Positions 26,831 through 33,333 of a DNA stretch of 33,333 nt are shown here, piece after piece. Position numbers and translations under genes: made by a program. The notes under the pieces are model-generated. The model was not told the DNA's origin. It saw only the letters and a program-made list of their open reading frames with translations, and did no database searches. Each line of letters begins with the position of its first letter. The first letter of the stretch is position 1. Source of the stretch: Bacillota bacterium (lineage in GTDB: Bacteria; Bacillota; Clostridia; Christensenellales; CAG-138); contig JAEWWD010000080.1 in the NCBI GenBank assembly GCA_023396535.1, forward strand, positions 1 through 33,333, read 5' to 3'.

Positions 26831-27985
26831 ATGGTCATCGTAGCGGCTGGGCTCTGCGTGTTGCTCATGTTCGGCGCCTTCGCGGTGGATATGAGTACGC
26901 TGTATGTAGAAAACACGCGGCTGCAGACGGCGCTGGACGCCGGTGTGCTGGCCGGCGCATCCATGCTGCCCGATACGGACGCCGCTATTTCAGAAGCGAG
27001 GTCCTACATACGCGCCAACGGCTTTTCTACGGATAACATTACATTCTCTTTTAAAAACGACGACATGATCATCACAGCGGAAGGAAAGGAAACCGTGGAC
27101 GCGGGCTTCTCCCGCGTGATGGGATATGCGAAACACGACGTGGCTGCCACAGCCAGCGCGGAAAAATACATAACCTCCGCCACGGGCCCCTTTGCGTATT
27201 TGCTGTTCAGCGGCGATCCCAATCATACGCTCAACCTGGGCGGCCGCTTTGATATTGCCGGCAGCGTGCACGCCAACGGTTCCCTGTATGCATCGCCGTC
27301 ATATGGGGTTATACAGGGCGCGGCAGAAGCGTGCAAAACAGTATATTGCAATGAATCGACCATGACAGTGGGTACCGAAGCGCCCGAGGCAGACTTTATA
27401 GATATGCCCGATTTCACATCCGTGGTAGCGGGGGTGCTTCCCTCAAGTTATGATACTGTTCTGACTCCCGCCCAAGTCGCAGATCCCTGGTGGAAGCAGA
27501 CTTTTACCGGCAATACGTATGTGTCGGGAAATTGCAGGATATCCAACCAGTGTATCGTGAACGGCGTGTTGTATGTGAACGGCGACCTTACCATCGACGG
27601 CGGATCCCCCGTATGCGAACTCAACGGCACCATATTTGCCACAGGCAAAATCACTTTTAACAACACGTTTGTGGGTACAGGCAACGTGTTCGCCAACGGA
27701 AATATAACATTCCAGGGCGGCGGCATGCAATTGCGCGCAACCGATTCAGTCTGCGCCTACTCCGCGAACGGAAATATTTATATGGTCACCAACAGCACGA
27801 CGGTGACTGGCATTATTTATGCGCCCAAAGGCAGTATTACTGTCCAAGGAAATAACACAACGTATATCGGAAGTATTATAGGCAATCGTATCGTCGGCGT
27901 GCCGGCCAACCTGACCATGCGGGCGCCGGACGAACCCTTCCCGTTTGCTGGCGGCGGTGAGGAAGCCATACGGCTTGTCAGATAA
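26831..27985 (+). CDS. TadG-like pilus-associated protein (Tad_N/TadE-G-like N-terminus plus repeat-rich C-terminal region)
   Basis: ATG 26831 with SD GGAAGGAGGGG. The N-terminus VIVAAGLCVLLMFGAFAVDMSTLYVENTRLQTALDAGVLAGA matches the TadG N-terminal pattern. The C-terminus has iterated G/N-rich strands (NGDLTIDGG, ATGKITFNN, ANGNITFQGG, PKGSITVQGNN). Confidence 0.75.
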   Translation: MVIVAAGLCVLLMFGAFAVDMSTLYVENTRLQTALDAGVLAGASMLPDTDAAISEARSYIRANGFSTDNITFSFKNDDMIITAEGKETVDAGFSRVMGYAKHDVAATASAEKYITSATGPFAYLLFSGDPNHTLNLGGRFDIAGSVHANGSLYASPSYGVIQGAAEACKTVYCNESTMTVGTEAPEADFIDMPDFTSVVAGVLPSSYDTVLTPAQVADPWWKQTFTGNTYVSGNCRISNQCIVNGVLYVNGDLTIDGGSPVCELNGTIFATGKITFNNTFVGTGNVFANGNITFQGGGMQLRATDSVCAYSANGNIYMVTNSTTVTGIIYAPKGSITVQGNNTTYIGSIIGNRIVGVPANLTMRAPDEPFPFAGGGEEAIRLVR

Positions 27986-28057
27986 TGACGAAAATTTTTA
28001 TATATTGGCGTTTGAAAGCGTTTTGTTCGGTTTAAGTATAAATACCAAAGCGATATT

Positions 28058-28136
28058 TATAATGGCAAAGCTGCCGAAAGGCAGTGACGCAAAGCTACAG
28101 GGCCTAAAGGCGCAAGCCTATGGCAGCCAGTTGCCG
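28058..28136 (+). promoter_or_regulatory. c-di-GMP-I (GEMM-I) riboswitch aptamer 2
   Basis: auGGCAAAgcugcc-GAAA-ggcagUGACGCAAAGCuaCAGGGCCuaaaggcgcaagccuauGGCAGCCAGUUGCCg. Confidence 0.85.
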
Positions 28137-28167
28137 CTTGATTGATCACAGCCGCCTGTGATATTGT

Positions 28168-28202
28168 GGCAACTGCGCAAAGCGGTTGCCTTTCGTGTTT
28201 TT
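28168..28202 (+). terminator. Intrinsic terminator (expression platform of aptamer 2)
   Basis: ggcaactgcgc-aaa-gcggttgcc followed by TTTCGTGTTTTT. The 5' arm ggcaactg is an exact complement of the aptamer 3' strand cagttgcc (28128-28135). Confidence 0.75.
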
Positions 28203-28271
28203 GCAGCCGCGGAAATAGTACGAACACGAATTTGCCGCCTCTTACAGGCGGCGGGACCAAGGGGAAAGGGG

Positions 28272-28487
28272 ATGATAGCGTATAACGGGCGGTCAAACGC
28301 CAATGGCTTCGCCAACTCCGGAGCGTTTGCCGCGATATTTCCCGGAAGGATGCTGCAAGGCTGTTTGGGCGGCGCGCTCATCGGCCGGGTATCTCAACGA
28401 CGATCAGAGCCTGCACGGCAGGCGCAAGCTGCGGTCCGCGCTAGGCGGACAGTTTGGACCAGACCGACGGCCCCTATGGGGCAATGA
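28272..28487 (+). CDS. Candidate small ORF (71 aa) between riboswitch 2 and riboswitch 3; speculative
   Basis: The ATG is preceded by AAGGGGAAAGGGG. The product is MIAYNGRSNANGFANSGAFAAIFPGRMLQGCLGGALIG... followed by an Arg-rich tail. No homology was recognised, and codon bias is weak in the second half. Confidence 0.15.
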   Translation: MIAYNGRSNANGFANSGAFAAIFPGRMLQGCLGGALIGRVSQRRSEPARQAQAAVRARRTVWTRPTAPMGQ

Positions 28488-28517
28488 AACTGCTAGTTGC
28501 AAAAGTACTCTTCAACG

Positions 28518-28598
28518 ATAATGGCAATGCAGCCGAAAGGCTGTCTGCGCAAAGCTACAGGGTCTAAAGGCCTCACGGCCCATGACAGCCAGCTGCCG
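28518..28598 (+). promoter_or_regulatory. c-di-GMP-I (GEMM-I) riboswitch aptamer 3
   Basis: auGGCAAUgcagcc-GAAA-ggcugucUGCGCAAAGCuaCAGGGUCuaaaggccucacggcccaugaCAGCCAGCUGCCg. Confidence 0.8.
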
Positions 28599-28810
28599 AA
28601 TGAAGCAACGCTTTTGTTTACGGATACGTCCCCCGTACTCCCACACGGGCGGACAGCGTCCAATCCCTGATAAGGAGCGGCGCACATCGTAGACTTTAAG
28701 CCGGCATTCGGTAAACGAGTGGTGGCTTTTCCTTTTCCGGCCCCCGCATGGGCGGGAAAGGGAAGCTTCAGGAAGGCAATCTCTCTTTTACATCCAAAGG
28801 AGGCCCAGCG

Positions 28811-29458
28811 ATGCTCATACTCCTGTTCGCCCTTGCGGGTGCTATCTGCTCCGTCCCCATCCGGCTGCTGACACGGCAGCTGGTGGCGGCGCGCGGCGGA
28901 CGCCCCGACGAAAGCCGCCTGTTGAGCGGCGTGCTTTCGGCGGCCTTGTTTACGGCATTGGGCGCGCTGGGCTTCGCTCTCTTATCCGCCGTAATCCCCA
29001 TGACGGATATTGTCCGGCTCATACAGTTCCTGCTGGTATTCCTGATACTCTTGAGCCTGAGCGCGGTGGATATCGTCGTCCGGCGCATCCCCAACGAGCT
29101 GCTGCTGGCGCTGATACTCGTATATGCGCTTGGGCATACGCTCAATGTGGGCTGGTCCGGAATAACCACAAATCTCTTGGGGGCGGCCATCGCAGCCATA
29201 TTGTTCACGCTTCCAGCCCGTCTGGGTCTTCAGATCGGTTGGGGCGATATCAAGTACGCGGTCGTGATAGGCTTCTGCTTTGGTCTCGCGGGGCTTTTAC
29301 AGGTAACGCTGGTGATGGGCCTGGGGTTAGGCCTGTACGCCGCTTACCTCTACATCAGCCGCCGGGGGGGGCTCTTTACCTCCGCCGCGATCGGCCCGTA
29401 CCTGTCCTTAGGCGCGGTGGCCACAATGGTGTTTCCAGTGTTCACTACTATTTTTTAA
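28811..29458 (+). CDS. tadV: Prepilin peptidase, A24 family (TadV/CpaA-like)
   Basis: ATG 28811 with SD AAAGGAGG. It is polytopic with two catalytic-Asp contexts (SAVDIVVRRIPN and GWGDIKYAVV). Confidence 0.85.
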   Translation: MLILLFALAGAICSVPIRLLTRQLVAARGGRPDESRLLSGVLSAALFTALGALGFALLSAVIPMTDIVRLIQFLLVFLILLSLSAVDIVVRRIPNELLLALILVYALGHTLNVGWSGITTNLLGAAIAAILFTLPARLGLQIGWGDIKYAVVIGFCFGLAGLLQVTLVMGLGLGLYAAYLYISRRGGLFTSAAIGPYLSLGAVATMVFPVFTTIF

Positions 29459-29505
29459 CGCAACCACAACTATATAATCAACAGAATTTGAGAGGAGATA
29501 CAGGA

Positions 29506-29697
29506 ATGAAGAAGTTCATGGATATACTTCGCGATGAAAACGGCCAGGGCATGGTGGAGTACGGCCTCATCCTGGGCCTGATCGCACTCGTGGCCATTGC
29601 TGCGGTTGTATTGCTCGGCGATGGCGTAACTGACATCTTCACTGGTGCAAAAGACAAACTGGATACGGTTCCCGGCGTAGAACTTCCTGCTTCCTGA
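29506..29697 (+). CDS. flp: Flp/Fap-family type IVc pilin
   Basis: 63 aa with SD GAGAGGAG. The product MKKFMDILRDENGQGMVEYGLILGLIALVAIAAVVLLG carries the Flp motif (G/XXXXEY followed by a hydrophobic stretch). Confidence 0.85.
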   Translation: MKKFMDILRDENGQGMVEYGLILGLIALVAIAAVVLLGDGVTDIFTGAKDKLDTVPGVELPAS

Positions 29698-29716
29698 TCA
29701 TAGCAATGGTGACTTT

Positions 29717-29752
29717 GAATGTCCGCCCGTGCACAGGCGCGGGCGGACATTC
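29717..29752 (+). promoter_or_regulatory. Perfect 13-bp stem-loop just after flp (possible attenuator or mRNA-stability element)
   Basis: gaatgtccgcccg-tgcacaggcg-cgggcggacattc. There is no U-tract after it. Confidence 0.4.
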
Positions 29753-29781
29753 TACCCCTTAGGAGAAAGGAGGGCCGCGAT

Positions 29782-30177
29782 ATGAGAACTATGCAGGGAC
29801 TGCGCGCAAACAGTGAACGGGGACAGGCTCTGGTAGAGACTGCAATTACGCTGCCTTTGCTACTGCTCCTCCTGATGGGCATCATGGAGTTCGGCTGGTA
29901 TTTCTATAACCAGATGAGCGTGGAAAACGGCAGCCGAGAAGGCGTCCGCTACGCCATTGTCAACGCGGACTCTTCAACGCTTACGGCGGACGTCACCGAC
30001 CTGGTGGAAAGCGTCGTGGTGGGTCCCGGTGAAATGACCGTATCGGTCACAAAGGGCACGGATAAAATCACGGTGACCGTAACGAAGGACGTCGCCACGC
30101 TGACGCCAATCGCCGCCATATTCACAACGGGGAATACGTTTGAGCTTACCTCTTCCACCCAAATGAAGATAAGATGA
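29782..30177 (+). CDS. tadE: TadE-like pseudopilin/minor pilin
   Basis: ATG 29782 with SD AAGGAGGG. ERGQALVETAITLPLLLLLLMGIMEFGWYFYN is the TadE N-terminal signature. Confidence 0.8.
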   Translation: MRTMQGLRANSERGQALVETAITLPLLLLLLMGIMEFGWYFYNQMSVENGSREGVRYAIVNADSSTLTADVTDLVESVVVGPGEMTVSVTKGTDKITVTVTKDVATLTPIAAIFTTGNTFELTSSTQMKIR

Positions 30178-30295
30178 CGCTATGGGGCCTGCAACCTGCC
30201 CCAACGGTCCATCCTCATACAGTATAGCAGGAAGCATCCGCCACTACGGGCGGTATTGATAAATACGGGACGCGTGTGTTGGCGCGGGAGGGCTC

Positions 30296-31030
30296 ATGAA
30301 AAAGATCTATATCATAGCGGTATTCGTGGCGATACTGACGGGGGCGGCCGTCTATCTGTATGCCCAGAAGCTGGACAGGCAGGCGACCGTCGTCATCCCC
30401 ACGGGCACCGTCGTGATAGCGGTCACCTCCATACCCGAGAACACGAAAATCACCTCCGAAATGGTAACCCTGCAGAAAACCGCCCTCGAATGGATCAATG
30501 CGGACGCCGTCGTCTCCCTATCCGACGTGGTGGGAAAGATCAATAAGTACTGGGTTCCCGCCGGGCAGCAAATCGTACGCGCGCAGCTCAGCGAAGTAAA
30601 AAGCGGCACGGAGGGCGGACAGCTCTCCTATGTAGTGGAGCAGGGCAAGCGCGCCATCACGCTTTCCACCGATGAAATCGCGGGCGTTGGCGGGTATTTG
30701 AGCAAGGGCGATTACGTAGATATCCTGTCCACCATTACGCTTAAAGAAAAAGATGAGGAAGGGAACGACATCGATATCCCCGCGACCGAGGTCGTGCTGG
30801 AAAATATCCGCGTGCTGGAGGTGGGCTCCCACGCGCAAAACGAAAGCTCGAAAGCGGAGGATGGGGAAAAGAGCTTCTCCTACGGCTCCGTGACGCTAAG
30901 TATATCCCCCGAGGACGCGACAAAGCTTTATTACGCCATCAGCTACGGCCGTGTATATCTGACGCTGCGCGCGCCGCAGGACGATAAGCTCGTATCGCCG
31001 CCCTTATACGTCTGGGACGGCAACAACTAG
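30296..31030 (+). CDS. cpaB: Flp pilus assembly protein CpaB/RcpC (SAF domain)
   Basis: 244 aa with an N-terminal TM segment (IYIIAVFVAILTGAAVYLY), a SAF-like region (VVIAVTSIPENTKITSEMV) and an RcpC-like C-terminus. Confidence 0.85.
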   Translation: MKKIYIIAVFVAILTGAAVYLYAQKLDRQATVVIPTGTVVIAVTSIPENTKITSEMVTLQKTALEWINADAVVSLSDVVGKINKYWVPAGQQIVRAQLSEVKSGTEGGQLSYVVEQGKRAITLSTDEIAGVGGYLSKGDYVDILSTITLKEKDEEGNDIDIPATEVVLENIRVLEVGSHAQNESSKAEDGEKSFSYGSVTLSISPEDATKLYYAISYGRVYLTLRAPQDDKLVSPPLYVWDGNN

Positions 31031-31039
31031 GGGGCGCAT

Positions 31040-32161
31040 ATGGAACAGCTCAAGGTATTCGTCATCAGCACCGATAAGGAAGTCCGCTATCGCCTCAAGG
31101 GCATATTGGACGCGGACGACATCGCCATCGTCGGCTACGGCGAAGGCACGGCGTCCTCCGTGCAAAAGGCGCAGGGGTTACAGCCCGACGTCGCGGTACT
31201 CTATTATGAGAATGCGGCAGTGCTGGATGTGGCGCAGCGCATTTACCAGAACGTGCCCGGCTGCGCGCTGGTACTGCTGTGCGACAGCCTCACCATACAG
31301 CTTACCAAAGAGGCGCTCGCCGCAGGCATACGCCTGCTCGTTTCATCGGATGATGAGCCCGCCGCCATACTCGACGCCGTACGCCGCGCAGGCACGCTGG
31401 AGCATACGCGCGCGGGCGCCACGCAGGGGCCGTCGGCGCTGAAATCCCGCGTCATCAGCGTATATTCGGGCAAGGGCGGTACGGGAAAAACCACAATCGC
31501 GGTCAATATCGCGACAGCTTTAGCCAAGCAGGGGCGCAAGACGGCCATATTGGATCTCAACCTCGAATTCGCCTGCGCGGCGCTCTACCTCGACATACAG
31601 GCCAAGGATACCATTGCCGAGCTTGCGCAGGAGCGCGGCAACCTGACGATGGACGTACTGCGCGGCTTCACCGTGCAGCATTACAGCGGACTTACGGTGC
31701 TGAGCGGCCCCAATTCGCCCGAAAGCGGCGAGTTCGTGGAAGCGCGGCATGTGGAAAGCGCGCTGTCTGTGATGCGGCCCTTCTTTGACTGCATCGTGCT
31801 GGATCTTCCCAGCAATTTCTCGGATACCACCATCGCCGCCATGGAGAACAGCAACCGCGTGCTCGTCGTGATGCAGCCGGATCTTGGAAGCATAAAAGCC
31901 GCCTATCTGACGACGACGGTGCTAACCTCCCTGCAGATGCAGGAAAAAATCAGCTACGTATACAACAAGGACTGCAAAGGCTTCCTCTCCATAAAGGACG
32001 CACAGCGCGTGCTGAACGTTCTGCCCGAATATGTACTGCCGCGCGACGACAAAACGGCTGACCGCTGCCAGTGCATAGGCCGTCCCGTAGTGCTCGAAGA
32101 ACCGCGCACGGCCCTGGGCAAACAGCTCAAACAAATGGCGCTGGGGGTATACGCGCGATGA
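31040..32161 (+). CDS. tadZ: TadZ/CpaE: atypical receiver domain fused to a MinD/ParA-type ATPase
   Basis: 373 aa with a deviant Walker A (YSGKGGTGKTTIAVNIA). The N-terminal ~120 aa have a receiver-like topology. Confidence 0.85.
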   Translation: MEQLKVFVISTDKEVRYRLKGILDADDIAIVGYGEGTASSVQKAQGLQPDVAVLYYENAAVLDVAQRIYQNVPGCALVLLCDSLTIQLTKEALAAGIRLLVSSDDEPAAILDAVRRAGTLEHTRAGATQGPSALKSRVISVYSGKGGTGKTTIAVNIATALAKQGRKTAILDLNLEFACAALYLDIQAKDTIAELAQERGNLTMDVLRGFTVQHYSGLTVLSGPNSPESGEFVEARHVESALSVMRPFFDCIVLDLPSNFSDTTIAAMENSNRVLVVMQPDLGSIKAAYLTTTVLTSLQMQEKISYVYNKDCKGFLSIKDAQRVLNVLPEYVLPRDDKTADRCQCIGRPVVLEEPRTALGKQLKQMALGVYAR

Positions 32162-33333
32162 GCCTGATGGCACGCATGAACAAAAACGCCGCCGAGACGG
32201 CGGCGCCGGAAGAGCGCGCCTCCGCACAGGGCACGGCCGTCGCCGCGCCCGCCAATGAGACGCGGCAGGAGCAATACCAGATCATCATAGACCTGGTTCG
32301 CAGCGCCGTGATCGATAAGCTGCGGGGGCAGGCAAGCGAACCGGACGCCGCGCAGGTACAGGCCGTCATCAACGATGTGCTGCTCGATCATGCCGATACC
32401 ATTACGCGAGTGGAGCGCACCCGGCTATCCGGCGTGCTGTTCAACGAGGTCATGGGCCTCGGGCCGCTGGAGGAGCTGTTAAGCGATACCAACATTACGG
32501 AAATCATGGTCAACGGCCCTCGGCACGTATTTGTGGAAGAGCGCGGCAAGCTCCGTTTATCCGACGTGCGGCTGCGGGACGACGAAGCCGTCATGCAGAT
32601 CATTGAAAAAATCGTGGCCGCCATAGGCCGCCATGTGGACGAAGCCAGCCCCATGGTGGACGCGCGTTTGAAAGACGGCTCCCGCGTGAATATCATCATA
32701 CCGCCGCTGTCGCTGACGGGGCCGGTCATCACCATACGAAAATTCTCCAAAACGCCGTTCACCGTGCACGACCTTATCGACTTCGGCTCGCTTACCCCGC
32801 GCATGGCGGGCTTCCTGGAATCGTGCGTCAAAGGCAACCTGAACATCATGGTGGCGGGCGGCACGGGCAGCGGCAAAACGACGCTTCTCAATGTGCTCTC
32901 CGCCTACATTCCACAGGACCAGCGCATCGTCACCATCGAGGACGCGGCGGAGCTGCAACTGAACCAGCAGCATGTCATCACGCTGGAAAGCCGCCCGGCC
33001 AATCTGGAAGGCAAGGGCGAAATCACAATCCGCGACCTCGTGCGAAACGCCTTGCGCATGCGCCCCGACCGTATCATTGTGGGCGAGGTGCGTTCGGGCG
33101 AAGCGCTGGACATGCTGCAGGCCATGAACACCGGCCATGACGGTTCCTTAACCACCGGCCACGCAAACTCCCCGCGCGACATGATCGCGCGTATCGAGAC
33201 AATGGTCATGATGGCGGGCGTGGAGATGCCGCTGTTCGCCATCCGCAGCCAGATCGCCTCCGCGCTGGACTTAATCGTGCAGCAAAGCCGCCTGCGCGAC
33301 GGCACGCGTCGCGTGACCAGCATTACGGAGATC
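32158..33333 (+). CDS. tadA: CpaF/TadA secretion ATPase (partial, runs off window end)
   Basis: My translation from ATG 32158 (ATGA overlap with tadZ) gives ...ITEIMVNGP...[18 protein letters not shown]...Walker [13 protein letters not shown]...Walker B RIIVGEVR...His box [13 protein letters not shown]. It is absent from the ORF track because it has no stop in the window. Confidence 0.9.
   Translation, partial: MSLMARMNKNAAETAAPEERASAQGTAVAAPANETRQEQYQIIIDLVRSAVIDKLRGQASEPDAAQVQAVINDVLLDHADTITRVERTRLSGVLFNEVMGLGPLEELLSDTNITEIMVNGPRHVFVEERGKLRLSDVRLRDDEAVMQIIEKIVAAIGRHVDEASPMVDARLKDGSRVNIIIPPLSLTGPVITIRKFSKTPFTVHDLIDFGSLTPRMAGFLESCVKGNLNIMVAGGTGSGKTTLLNVLSAYIPQDQRIVTIEDAAELQLNQQHVITLESRPANLEGKGEITIRDLVRNALRMRPDRIIVGEVRSGEALDMLQAMNTGHDGSLTTGHANSPRDMIARIETMVMMAGVEMPLFAIRSQIASALDLIVQQSRLRDGTRRVTSITEI

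Noticed and set aside
28140-28520. The idea that the spacer between aptamers 2 and 3 is a riboswitch-controlled self-splicing group I intron (as known next to a c-di-GMP-II riboswitch in C. difficile) or another ribozyme.
   Set aside because: I could not identify P3-P8 core pairings, a G-binding site or any conserved ribozyme motif by eye. A clear intrinsic terminator already explains the aptamer 2 output. It is kept only as an open question in the findings.
28497-28522. Possible promoter TTGCAA-N14-GATAAT just before aptamer 3, and TATAAT at 28058-28063 just before aptamer 2.
   Set aside because: The spacer is too short (14 nt), and a start site 7 nt downstream would fall inside the aptamer P1 strand. 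The AUAAUGGCAA string recurs in aptamers 2 and 3, so it is more likely part of the aptamer 5' flank than a -10 box.
28748-28810. Upstream ATG (28748) that extends the prepilin peptidase by 21 aa (MGGKGKLQEGNLSFTSKGGPA).
   Set aside because: There is no SD before 28748, and the extension is hydrophilic and lies inside a strong hairpin. ATG 28811 has a perfect AAAGGAGG and starts directly in the first transmembrane segment.

Overview
This is a densely coded chromosomal window that looks like a high-GC Firmicutes/Clostridia genome. Hand counts on sample lines give about 65% GC. The lineage call is an inference from GGAGG Shine-Dalgarno (SD) sites, a GlpP antiterminator, a BceRS-type two-component system and a DUF1667 glycerol cluster.

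Gene order, left to right:
- BceS-like histidine kinase (partial) and its response regulator (-)
- DUF2325 gene (+)
- lipA (-)
- OpuC-type osmoprotectant ABC operon ending in an HSL-family esterase (-)
- divergent TetR regulator (+)
- PAT-type GNAT (-)
- split two-gene permease (-)
- glpP-glpK-FAD dehydrogenase-oxidoreductase-DUF1667 glycerol operon (-)
- a mid-GC segment with two paralogous membrane-protein genes flanking lipB and a decayed lipA remnant (+)
- two small hypothetical genes (-)
- a visibly AT-rich cassette of about 2.5 kb (sample lines 32-38% GC) carrying a SigZ-type ECF sigma factor, arsM and a Cys-rich DUF2703-like gene. It sits in the 5' end of a yyaL-like thioredoxin-domain gene and is bracketed by 116-143 bp direct repeats.
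- tandem-GNAT gene and DUF1294 gene (-)
- msrAB (+)
- a Gram-positive Tad/Flp pilus locus (tadG-like, tadV, flp, tadE, cpaB, tadZ, partial tadA) carrying three c-di-GMP-I (GEMM-I) riboswitch aptamers

Most interesting:
1. The triple-riboswitch Tad leader architecture, including an unexplained stretch of about 300 nt between two aptamers.
2. The recombinase-less sigma/arsM/Cys-rich cassette, which has a Campbell-type duplication signature.

No rRNA, tRNA, CRISPR array, transposase or integrase was recognised. CDS coordinates follow the supplied ORF track. Hairpin, promoter and aptamer coordinates were hand counted and may be off by 1-2 nt. No database or folding software was run.
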